Shown here: positions 1 to 6,992 of the stretch, one piece after another
Numbering within the stretch: position 1 is the stretch's first letter
Layout: each line of letters opens with the position of its first letter
IMG/VR virus record: IMGVR_UViG_3300037467_000331
Location: 1 to 38,337 of that record
DNA from: a virus
DNA length: 38,337 nt
Reading direction: 5' to 3' (one strand)
Program-made: the position numbers and the translations under genes
Notes under the pieces: model-generated
What the model saw: only the letters and a program-made list of their open reading frames with translations
Database searches by the model: none
What the model was told of the DNA's origin: nothing

Positions 1-127
1 TTCATACCTCCCCCTTGAGCGCTTGCTCTAACTCTTTTATGCAAATTTCCATCATGTCAGCACTAGCTAGAAAAGTAGAATCTTGAAACTTTTGTCCACG
101 TTTGCGAATTACATCTGCTTGCTCTTG
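1..127. repeat. Left copy of the 127-bp terminal direct repeat (circular-assembly overlap)
   Basis: ttcatacctcccccttgagcgcttgctc...ctgcttgctcttg is identical base for base to 38211-38337. The repeat runs through a coding gene junction. Confidence 0.95.
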
Positions 128-775
128 CAGCTCATCTAATACTTCTCGGATAGAATCCACCCGCTTTTGCAGATCCACATTTTCCTTAGCCAATTGCGCT
201 TTAAAACCACACTCTCGTTCATGTGCTTCTGCAAATGTGTCTATGTCTTCATAAGCCTGTTTAAGCCTATTTTGTAGCTCTTCAATTAGTTCATTTTGTT
301 TGATTGCTTGGTTGTAGTAGCTTGTATTTCCGTTAGCCAATCTCTGGTTTTCGGCTTGCAGCTCCACCACTTTCGCTTGCTGGTGCTGCCATGCCTTTTG
401 CCAAATTGCCCAATCCTTCCCGCGTAGGCTGTCTGGTGAATAGCGATATCCAAATTGAGATTCATACCAATCCCAATTTTTCTTCATATCGTCATAGTTA
501 CATTCATATTTTTCACATTCAAAACGTTCAAAAGCTTCTGAACAACTATCCATTTTTACCTCACACCCTTTGTCAAAGCTGTGTCCTGCTGCGATTTCTT
601 CTGGCTCAGCGTGTCTAAATCTATTCTTTTCAACCCAATGCTCACCGTCATTTAAAACCAAGCCCCAATTGTCAATAAATCCTGTAATCTTTTTAACGGC
701 TAAGTATCTAGCTTCTAACCCTTCATCAGTACAAACCACCAAATCATTTACTTGAAATTCTTTAAACTCACTCAT
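2..775 (-). CDS. Hypothetical early protein with a Trp/Cys-rich N-part and a C-terminal coiled coil (257 aa)
   Basis: Track ORF 2..847 trimmed to the ATG at 775 (MSEFKEF), which is preceded by AAGGAG. The C-terminus is heptad-rich (VVELQAENQRL...LDELQEQ). Its TGA overlaps the ATG of the next gene across the circular junction. Confidence 0.6.
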   Translation of the reverse strand: MSEFKEFQVNDLVVCTDEGLEARYLAVKKITGFIDNWGLVLNDGEHWVEKNRFRHAEPEEIAAGHSFDKGCEVKMDSCSEAFERFECEKYECNYDDMKKNWDWYESQFGYRYSPDSLRGKDWAIWQKAWQHQQAKVVELQAENQRLANGNTSYYNQAIKQNELIEELQNRLKQAYEDIDTFAEAHERECGFKAQLAKENVDLQKRVDSIREVLDELQEQADVIRKRGQKFQDSTFLASADMMEICIKELEQALKGEV

Positions 776-908
776 GACTGGCTCCTTTTGACTGGCAAGT
801 ATAGACACACTGCTTAAGGACGAAGATCCTGTATGCATCAGAACCAATCACCGCAACTGCCACAAATACTAGGGCTGCAAATAAACATATTGTTTTTGTT
901 TTACTCAT
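768..908 (-). CDS. Small membrane or secreted protein (46 aa)
   Basis: Internal ATG at 908 (MSKTKTICLFAALVFVAVAVIGSD) with GGAGAAGG upstream and a hydrophobic N-terminal segment. Short overlaps with both neighbours. Confidence 0.4.
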   Translation of the reverse strand: MSKTKTICLFAALVFVAVAVIGSDAYRIFVLKQCVYTCQSKGASHE

Positions 909-1281
909 TCCCTTCTCCGTAGATCGATTCGTAATCTTTGATAGCAAGCTCAACTTTATATGTGTAGATAGAGCCAATGCCGCTATCCACAGGAAACGAA
1001 ATTAGTAAGAATCCATTGAATAGCGCCATTTTTACTTTGCGTTTTGCTGCTTTAAGGCCACCAAATGAGTTAACCAAATCCACCGACTCCACGAGGCGTT
1101 TTAGGCCTGAAAGGTCAATATCAGATTCATCTAGTTCTATTACGTCATCTTTATGAAAGAATATTTTTAGATCCGTATCAAAATGAGTTGGCTTCTCAAC
1201 ATGAATGTATTTCTCACGTTGTTCCAAGATGTCTCTCGCCCGTTCTAAACCGTGGTCTTTGATAAATTGGGTTGGTTTCAT
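901..1281 (-). CDS. Hypothetical protein (126 aa)
   Basis: Track ORF 901..1530 trimmed to MKPTQFIK at 1281. AGGAGG lies upstream and ATGA overlaps the stop of the preceding gene. The longer version would overlap the methylase-like gene by 250 nt. Confidence 0.55.
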   Translation of the reverse strand: MKPTQFIKDHGLERARDILEQREKYIHVEKPTHFDTDLKIFFHKDDVIELDESDIDLSGLKRLVESVDLVNSFGGLKAAKRKVKMALFNGFLLISFPVDSGIGSIYTYKVELAIKDYESIYGEGNE

Positions 1282-1907
1282 ACAGCCTCCTGCATAGTTA
1301 AATGGCGAACATCTCCGCCCCACTGCAAAGCCATAGCTTCTGCAATACCTAGATAAGTTCTTGACCGCTCTTTCCAGCGATCTGGTGAAGGCGGTAAGTA
1401 ATGAAGGCGTTCTCGTTGATTCTTTGGCAACAACATCATTTCTTCTTTGACATTGTTTGTTGCCTGGAGTGGTTCCAATCCTTCCAGCCACAAACATGTT
1501 GCTTTCTGTTCCATGTGACCAAACATCCACGGCTGAACAACCTGGCTTTGCTGTATGCCACCAATTAAAGTCTTTGCATATTTGTGCATGATTGGGTTCT
1601 CAACTGCACGCATAGGAATGTGCTTTGCATTCAAGAAAAGCTTGAAGAACTCAGCAGCATCGAAAAGCTTTGGCCAACGACTAGGATCTTTATGCAAGTG
1701 GCACACCCCAGCATTTGTTAGGTAAGTGCATTCCGGATGAGCAATCAATAAATCCCATCCCTCATTAAGAACATCTCTAACATCACCTTGGTAATGTTTA
1801 CCTGGTGCTTCAGTAGGCAAAAGATCACAAGACATTGCATCATGGCCCAATGCTGAGAATGCATCTCTAACACGTCCTGAATATTCACAAGCTACGAGTA
1901 CTCTCAT
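1278..1907 (-). CDS. Short C5-cytosine DNA methyltransferase-like protein (209 aa)
   Basis: Motifs seen: MRVLVACEYSG (motif I-like), IAHPECTYL (motif IV with Cys), AVENP (ENV-like) and QPWMFGH. No recognisable target-recognition domain. ATGA-coupled at both ends. Confidence 0.55.
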   Translation of the reverse strand: MRVLVACEYSGRVRDAFSALGHDAMSCDLLPTEAPGKHYQGDVRDVLNEGWDLLIAHPECTYLTNAGVCHLHKDPSRWPKLFDAAEFFKLFLNAKHIPMRAVENPIMHKYAKTLIGGIQQSQVVQPWMFGHMEQKATCLWLEGLEPLQATNNVKEEMMLLPKNQRERLHYLPPSPDRWKERSRTYLGIAEAMALQWGGDVRHLTMQEAV

Positions 1908-2185
1908 CCCTTCACCCCGTCACGTTTGGTCATGCTCAGCTCTTGTTCTACTAACGTTGCGTAGCCTGCAATGTCGTGCCAGTTATCGATGTAATTAGGA
2001 TCGCCATTTACGATGCGAGCCATCTTATTGCAGATCATGTCTAGGGCGAGGATTTGGCTTGTATTTAGCTCGCCATATGTCTGTGCTTCCTGAATAACCG
2101 CCTGCAATGCATAAGTAGTGGCTGCAACGCATTTAAATTTTCCATAACGCTCGCCACGTTGCTCTAATGTGTTTTGAATGCTCAT
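1904..2185 (-). CDS. Conserved small phage protein (93 aa), possibly DUF6378-like
   Basis: The ERGERYG...LDMICNKMARIVNG...DNWHDIAGYATL pattern is recalled from a phage family of unknown function. ATGA-coupled. Confidence 0.45.
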   Translation of the reverse strand: MSIQNTLEQRGERYGKFKCVAATTYALQAVIQEAQTYGELNTSQILALDMICNKMARIVNGDPNYIDNWHDIAGYATLVEQELSMTKRDGVKG

Positions 2186-2607
2186 GCCACTAACTCCCTA
2201 ATCACCATGATCTCTTTCCCTTTCATGAGTCGCTTGTATAAGCTCAACGTGCATTTGCGAGTATTTCTTGCAAGACTGATAAGCGAAGGAGATACATTTG
2301 CTACTTTGGCTAATTGCTGCTGTCTTCCATGTGCTTTTGAAATCCAATCAATCAAGCCATCTAAACAATCTTTGTTTATGAATGTATGTTTAAGAGACGG
2401 ATCGACTTCCAGTTCAAACAGCTCATCGGTAAGTAATTCCATTTCCATTTGCATCTTTAGAAATCTGATGATTTCTGTTTTAAGTTGGTGCTCAGTACCA
2501 TCCACAAATGAATCACGCACAGCCTTAACAACACACATTTCGTAAGACGGGCGATTCTTTAACATTGCAATCTTGTTCAAGTTGTTTCTTACTTCAGTTA
2601 GAGTCAT
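2182..2607 (-). CDS. Hypothetical protein with a C-terminal helix-turn-helix (141 aa)
   Basis: RQQQLAKVANVSPSLISLARN resembles an HTH. ATGA overlaps on both sides. Confidence 0.5.
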   Translation of the reverse strand: MTLTEVRNNLNKIAMLKNRPSYEMCVVKAVRDSFVDGTEHQLKTEIIRFLKMQMEMELLTDELFELEVDPSLKHTFINKDCLDGLIDWISKAHGRQQQLAKVANVSPSLISLARNTRKCTLSLYKRLMKGKEIMVIRELVA

Positions 2608-2900
2608 GCTGCACCACCTAATAGCTCGTTCACCTTCTCTGTTGGATATAAGCGCGTTCCCATTGGGTCTTTCTTCTCATGGCGCTTGATATAACCTGCG
2701 TCAATCAGCTCTTTGATGTACCGCTGAACTGATCTACGGCTCATATCTGGCAATGCATGTTTTTGAACTTCTCTTGTAGTCGCTACTGGAGTTGTTCTTA
2801 CAACTTGAATCACCTTTGCAAAACGTTCGAATATGGCTATGTGACTTTTGAACTCTTCTTCACACCAATCCACAGTTTGATTATCTAGAGGATGTTTCAT
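2604..2900 (-). CDS. Winged-helix DNA-binding protein (98 aa)
   Basis: TTREVQKHALPDMSRRSVQRYIKELIDAGYIKR looks like a MarR/DeoR-type wHTH. ATGA overlap with the dnaB stop. Confidence 0.5.
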   Translation of the reverse strand: MKHPLDNQTVDWCEEEFKSHIAIFERFAKVIQVVRTTPVATTREVQKHALPDMSRRSVQRYIKELIDAGYIKRHEKKDPMGTRLYPTEKVNELLGGAA

Positions 2901-4216
2901 GCCGCACCTCTCTCTTCTTCTCGGATGCTTACAAAACGGCAGATATCTAGGCGATCCATTACACGCACAACGCCTTTCTTGCCATGACGGTTTTTAGCAA
3001 CGATTAATTCGGTTACACCTGACGGCAGATCATCCTCTCCAATGATTGGATTAGCCAAAATGATTTGATCTGCGTCCTGCTCAATCTGGCCTGATTCTTT
3101 TAGGTCTGACGCTTTAGGTCGTTTGCCTTTCTCTGACTCTCGGTTAAGCTGAGCCAATGCAATAACTGGGCAATCAAACTCTTTAGCCAGTGCTTTCAAG
3201 TCACGACTGATCGAACTTACTTCCTGGTAACGATCTTTCTTGCTTGGGTCGCGTACCAGCTGAAGGTAATCAATAACGATGCACCCGAGTTTCTTGTACT
3301 TGCGTTTAGCCTTACGTGCGTAAGAGTGAATCTCAGAGATTGTCGGCTTTTGCTTGTCTTCGGTATGGATTGGCAAAGCACTGAAACGTCTTTGCGCATC
3401 CGCAAATTGAGCTAACATCCCATCAAACAATTCAGCGTTATGAATATTGTCATATGGAATTTTGGTTAAAGCTGAGATACAACGGTTTGTGAATGTCTCC
3501 ACATCCATTTCGGCCGATACAACCAAAACAGGCTCGTTGTATTGCACTGCCGTTTGAATCACCAACATCTGAGCTAGAGTCGACTTACCAGAACCAGGCC
3601 GACCACCGACAATGCAAAAGTGACCTTTTTGAATTAAACCAACCAGGTTGTCCAATTGCACTAAATTAAACTTTACGCCCGTGTATTGCTTGTTAGCTTT
3701 AGCTTCTGCCTTTTGAATCAAACGATCTGTAGCTCGATTCATAGCTTCTTCAAATGTGAAGCTAGTCTTCTCAACATCGTTTGATGTTTTCTTGCCATCC
3801 AGAATGCTTTCAGCTGCAATGTGAACATCAGGAATTGTTAAATCTTTCGCAATCTCTGAAATGCTTTGACCGATGTTTTCAACTTCACGGTGAGCTTTGA
3901 ACTTGTTTAGCTCAGCAACGTAAGATTCCAGGTTATAAAAACTTGAAGGTGCTTCGCTGCTCATTTGAAGCAAGTAATCAGTACCGCCCATCAAATGGAT
4001 TACATTTTTTTGTTTAAGCTGTTGCTCAACCATTACGAAATCATATGGTTTGTTTTCGTTGGCAAGATCAGCAATAGCTTCAAAGATTTGCTTATGTCGC
4101 TCTGGAAAGAAGCACTCAACATCGAGATCATTGCTCACCACATCAAACGAGTTAGCAACTGTCATCAATGCTGTAAGTACAGCTTGTTCCATAGGGATGT
4201 TATGAATATTCGACAT
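2897..4216 (-). CDS. dnaB: Replicative DNA helicase DnaB
   Basis: N-terminal DnaB domain (PMEQAVLTALM). Walker A GGRPGSGKST, IVIDYLQL, and the RecA-like C-domain with LAQLNRE. The ATG at 4216 (TAATG overlap) is preferred over the track's TTG at 4222. Confidence 0.9.
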   Translation of the reverse strand: MSNIHNIPMEQAVLTALMTVANSFDVVSNDLDVECFFPERHKQIFEAIADLANENKPYDFVMVEQQLKQKNVIHLMGGTDYLLQMSSEAPSSFYNLESYVAELNKFKAHREVENIGQSISEIAKDLTIPDVHIAAESILDGKKTSNDVEKTSFTFEEAMNRATDRLIQKAEAKANKQYTGVKFNLVQLDNLVGLIQKGHFCIVGGRPGSGKSTLAQMLVIQTAVQYNEPVLVVSAEMDVETFTNRCISALTKIPYDNIHNAELFDGMLAQFADAQRRFSALPIHTEDKQKPTISEIHSYARKAKRKYKKLGCIVIDYLQLVRDPSKKDRYQEVSSISRDLKALAKEFDCPVIALAQLNRESEKGKRPKASDLKESGQIEQDADQIILANPIIGEDDLPSGVTELIVAKNRHGKKGVVRVMDRLDICRFVSIREEERGAA

Positions 4217-5007
4217 TACCAATCCCCCATATCGGCTTCATAGCTTCCAGAAACAGGAGTTATATTTTGGTCAGCTTTAGGGAACATGTTGATAAAGCGA
4301 TCTAGCTTTTCTGGTTCACGGCAAATTAACTCAATGTCGGTATAACCGTTTTGAAGATGGTAATCAGACTTAGAGCAATTTGTGATCGCAAGCTTGATAT
4401 CTTCAATTGAATAACCTTCACCAAGTCTTACCTGGATCTTTTTAGCTCGTTTATCAGAAAGCAATGTTTTCTCATTCTTGCCAAAAGTGGTTTTCCAGAA
4501 CTCGAAAATTTCACATATATCTTTCTTAATATTTTCTTTCTTATTTGTTTCTTTCTTAGTAGCGCCATTTTCGGGGGTAGTCTCCCCTCCATTTTGGTGG
4601 GTACTCCCCGTACCATTTTCGGGGGTAGTCTCCATACCATTATTGGTACTACCATCCATTTTGGTATGTAGTTCAAACTCAGGATGAATGATAGAAAATT
4701 TATTAGTTTCACCAGTTGAGCGAACTACTAAAACTAAACCTAACTGCTCAAGTTGACGAACTGAGTCAGTAAGTGTTTTTAATTTCTTGATTCCTGTTTT
4801 GTCTTGAAGGAATGTAGAAGTGATAGACCAGTTAGTTCGACAAAACCCGTCAGTAAAACGGTTAATCACTACATAGCATTTCAAGGCGCTACCAGTCATT
4901 TCAGACACATAGCCCTTATCCACCAGATAATTTGGTGTTCTAGTGTATTTATCTTCCACTGGTGTGGCCTGCTTGAGAAATTGATCCAGGTTAAAAGCTG
5001 TATTCAT
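4216..5007 (-). CDS. Replication initiator, lambda O-like (N-terminal wHTH plus conserved phage C-terminal domain)
   Basis: N-terminus TRTPNYLVDK...RFTDGF matches the phage replication protein O type. The C-terminus ICEIFEFWKTTFGK...RLGEGYSIEDIKLAI resembles the Phg_2220_C type. The repetitive linker ETTPENG is encoded by iterons. It sits directly upstream of dnaB. Confidence 0.7.
   Translation of the reverse strand: MNTAFNLDQFLKQATPVEDKYTRTPNYLVDKGYVSEMTGSALKCYVVINRFTDGFCRTNWSITSTFLQDKTGIKKLKTLTDSVRQLEQLGLVLVVRSTGETNKFSIIHPEFELHTKMDGSTNNGMETTPENGTGSTHQNGGETTPENGATKKETNKKENIKKDICEIFEFWKTTFGKNEKTLLSDKRAKKIQVRLGEGYSIEDIKLAITNCSKSDYHLQNGYTDIELICREPEKLDRFINMFPKADQNITPVSGSYEADMGDW
4565..4672. repeat. 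Iteron array (candidate phage origin) inside the initiator gene
   Basis: ccattttcgggggtagtctcc occurs at 4565-4585 and again exactly at 4613-4633. Related copies lie at 4589-4607, 4637-4653 and 4656-4672. Spacing is 24 bp for the first four, and an AT-rich tract at 4500-4560 is adjacent. Confidence 0.65.
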
Positions 5008-5165
5008 CAAACACCCCACAATGCATAGTTACCGAGGTCAGCTTTGGTTTTTGCCACAGCCGCCGCAGTGATGAGTGAAGGATGAAGTGCATAAGCCTCA
5101 ACCGCTTTTTGAAACAAACTAATCTTCCGATTTAGTTCAATGTCTGCTAATATTTGATAGTTCAT
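5007..5165 (-). CDS. Unannotated small ORF (52 aa) between the cII-position gene and the initiator
   Basis: ATG at 5165 with GGAG 7 nt upstream (MNYQILADIELNRK...). Its TGA overlaps the initiator ATG (TGATG). Below the ORF-track size cutoff. Confidence 0.4.
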   Translation of the reverse strand: MNYQILADIELNRKISLFQKAVEAYALHPSLITAAAVAKTKADLGNYALWGV

Positions 5166-5189
5166 TTGGTTCGCTCCGATTGAACATTG

Positions 5190-5220
5190 AGCCTGATTTA
5201 CGAGATCAGGCTTTTTATTT
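5190..5220 (+). terminator. Plus-strand intrinsic terminator antisense to the early-right operon (oop-like)
   Basis: Stem agcctgat/atcaggct with a 7-nt loop, followed by tttttattt on the plus strand only. The T-run overlaps the stop codon (5215-5217) of the cII-position gene. Confidence 0.5.
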
Positions 5221-5481
5221 GTCTAAATCCCCGTTAATCCCTTCCGATCCCTCAGCGATAAATACCTCTGTACTTAAGTCCCGCATTAAAGCCCCTATTC
5301 CCAAGCGCTCCATATTTCGAGCCTCTATACTGAGAACATGCCACTCACCCGCTATTTCTTTTTCAAGTAGCCAAGCGAGATATTGGGCTAGGTCTTTACC
5401 TTTAATATTTGAAAGCACTTTTGCACGTTCATGGTTTTCGGGAGATAAACGCACATGCGTAGATTTTTTTTCAAGGCTCAT
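5215..5481 (-). CDS. Putative regulatory protein at the cII position (88 aa), possibly ribbon-helix-helix
   Basis: AAGGAAAG RBS. The N-terminus KKSTHVRLSPENHERAKVLS looks like an RHH strand-helix. It lies immediately after cro. Confidence 0.45.
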   Translation of the reverse strand: MSLEKKSTHVRLSPENHERAKVLSNIKGKDLAQYLAWLLEKEIAGEWHVLSIEARNMERLGIGALMRDLSTEVFIAEGSEGINGDLDK

Positions 5482-5491
5482 AAAACTTTCC

Positions 5492-5722
5492 TTATGCCGC
5501 TAAATGTTTTGGATTTGCTTTATCGAGTAACCATTCTTGAGTCACTTTCCCGTTGCTGTGATCTGCAAGTATTTGTGCATAGTGGGTTTCACCTGTGTAA
5601 TCAGTACGTGGCAAAACACCTTTCTCTGCCATCTTTCTTACAGCTACGTAGGAGATCCCAAGTAAAGATGCTGCGTTGGTTCGCCCACCAACAGCATCAA
5701 TGGCTTGTTGAATAGGATTCAT
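5492..5722 (-). CDS. cro: Cro-like HTH repressor (76 aa)
   Basis: HTH RTNAASLLGISYVAVRKMAEKG. Divergent from the cI-type repressor across a 124-bp operator region. Confidence 0.7.
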   Translation of the reverse strand: MNPIQQAIDAVGGRTNAASLLGISYVAVRKMAEKGVLPRTDYTGETHYAQILADHSNGKVTQEWLLDKANPKHLAA

Positions 5723-5724
5723 AT

Positions 5725-5839
5725 ATTAAACCTTATTTAAACCAATTTCATATTTTTATTAAACCATGAGTTAAAATTAATTTCAACCTATGGTTGCTTC
5801 ACAAACACATTTTTTTAAACGAAAATTTAACCAAAGGTT
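5725..5839. promoter_or_regulatory. OR-like operator cluster between cro and cI
   Basis: TTAAACC heptamers at 5726-5732, 5737-5743 and 5759-5765. Palindromes AACCTATGGTT (5785-5795) and AACCAAAGGTT (5829-5839). Confidence 0.55.
5758..5786 (-). promoter_or_regulatory. Candidate PR promoter for cro
   Basis: The minus strand reads TTGAAA-17 nt-TTTAAT with TG at the extended -10 position (TGGTTTAAT). It is overlapped by the AACCTATGGTT palindrome and a GGTTTAA half-site. Confidence 0.5.
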
Positions 5840-5846
5840 ACAAGTA

Positions 5847-6593
5847 ATGATTGCAATGAGCACAATGGTTGAAAGAATTCAGGATGCCCTGAAAGCAAAG
5901 AAGTTATCTTGGTCTAAAGCTGCTACTTCAATTGGCTTATCTGCTCAAGCTCCAGCAAAGTGGAAAAAGGGCCAGATAAGTAAAGAAACCCTCGATAAGC
6001 TTGCCGCATTACTTGAGGTTGATGCTGGGTGGCTTCTAAACGGGAAAAACCCTGCAAAGATCGATAATTTCAATATGCAAGAGTTCATGGCTAAGCATGG
6101 GCTTACTAAAAAAGAAGATGCATCATTTGATACAGACGACATCATGGATGTGGATGTAGTTGAGTATGAAGTGGCTAACGGTTATGTATGGATAGATGTC
6201 GTGGAAGCTAGTTTTTCATGTGGTACTGGGGAATCAATAGAATTCCATTTTGATGTAATTAATGGGAAATATCCCTTCCCACCTTCATTCTTTCAAAGAA
6301 AAGCAGTTGACCCCAAATGCCTAAAACTTATTAAGGCTAAGGGTGACAGCATGGAAGAGTATATTTTTCATGATGATTTAGTGGGGATTGATATATCACA
6401 AACAGAAATCATTGATGGGGAGATTTATGCTGTTTACTTTGAAGGTGAAGGAATGATTAAAAAGATCTTTAAAGAGGAAGGCGGTACCTTAATACTCCAT
6501 AGTCTTAATGATAAATATCGTGATCGTAAAGTCACTGAACAGAATGGACTCAACTTTAAAGTTATGGGGCGCCAGGTGTGGCGTGCAGGGTAG
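5847..6593 (+). CDS. cI: cI-type prophage repressor, HTH plus S24 (LexA-like) autopeptidase
   Basis: N-terminal HTH (LSWSKAATSIGLSAQAPAKWKKG). C-terminal S24 motifs KGDSMEE (Ser) and GMIKKI (Lys). Candidate cleavage site SC-GTG. The start is ambiguous among the ATGs at 5847, 5856 and 5865; the track start at 5790 lies inside the operator region. Confidence 0.85.
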   Translation: MIAMSTMVERIQDALKAKKLSWSKAATSIGLSAQAPAKWKKGQISKETLDKLAALLEVDAGWLLNGKNPAKIDNFNMQEFMAKHGLTKKEDASFDTDDIMDVDVVEYEVANGYVWIDVVEASFSCGTGESIEFHFDVINGKYPFPPSFFQRKAVDPKCLKLIKAKGDSMEEYIFHDDLVGIDISQTEIIDGEIYAVYFEGEGMIKKIFKEEGGTLILHSLNDKYRDRKVTEQNGLNFKVMGRQVWRAG

Positions 6594-6602
6594 GAGAATA
6601 AA

Positions 6603-6776
6603 ATGCTACAGGAAACACGGGAAAGAATAGCTCTACTCATTACAGAAAAAAGAATGTTGGAGAAGTCTGAAAATGATTTTATGTATGACTACAGTGACGC
6701 AACTAATTGGTTAATAACATTCAGTATTGCAATGGATCAAGTAAAAAAAGCGGAAGAAGCATTAAACTTAGAGTAG
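6603..6776 (+). CDS. Unannotated small ORF (57 aa) co-transcribed with the repressor
   Basis: AGGAG lies 6 nt upstream of the ATG at 6603 (MLQETRERIALLITEKRMLEK...). It ends at the TAG at 6774-6776, just before the terminator at 6795. Confidence 0.45.
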   Translation: MLQETRERIALLITEKRMLEKSENDFMYDYSDATNWLITFSIAMDQVKKAEEALNLE

Positions 6777-6794
6777 CCTCGAACTTGAACATTT

Positions 6795-6822
6795 AAACCC
6801 GCACCATGCGGGTTTTATTTTG
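6795..6822 (+). terminator. Intrinsic terminator of the repressor operon
   Basis: aaacccgca-cca-tgcgggttt followed by tattttg. Confidence 0.75.
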
Positions 6823-6835
6823 TTTATCAGAAATA

Positions 6836-6920
6836 TTTAAACCAGTTTAAACCTATTTAATAAAAATATTACCAAAGGTTTAAATTTATACTTGCTTTTG
6901 TTTTATACCTTTGGTTTAAT
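6836..6920 (+). promoter_or_regulatory. OL/PL-like region: operators plus candidate early-left promoter
   Basis: TTTAAACC at 6836-6843 and 6846-6853. TACCAAAGGTTTAAA at 6870-6884 and TACCTTTGGTTTAAT at 6906-6920. Promoter TTGCTT (6892-6897)-17 nt-TTTAAT (6915-6920), with the same TGGTTTAAT nonamer as PR. Confidence 0.5.
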
Positions 6921-6992
6921 AATTCTCACTAGATAACAAAAAAGTCCCAGACATCTGACCGACGGGACTTTTACTCAATGAGTGAGAAGATT

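Noticed and set aside
901-1530. Long N-terminal extensions offered by the ORF track (901..1530, 2..847, 768..977, 18658..19557, 25803..27287, 27190..27912, 30657..32975, 36585..36815, 36737..37033, 37961..38254, 5790..6593)
   Set aside because: The extensions overlap the preceding gene or regulatory DNA by tens to hundreds of nt. Internal ATGs with good Shine-Dalgarno sequences and ATGA/TAATG stop-start overlaps give compact, coupled gene models.
5190-5212. The hairpin after the cII-position gene as a conventional minus-strand terminator of the early-right operon
   Set aside because: On the minus strand the stem is followed by caatgttcaatcgg with no U-run, and the operon clearly continues into the coupled initiator/dnaB genes. 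The T-run is on the plus strand only, hence the antisense (oop-like) interpretation.
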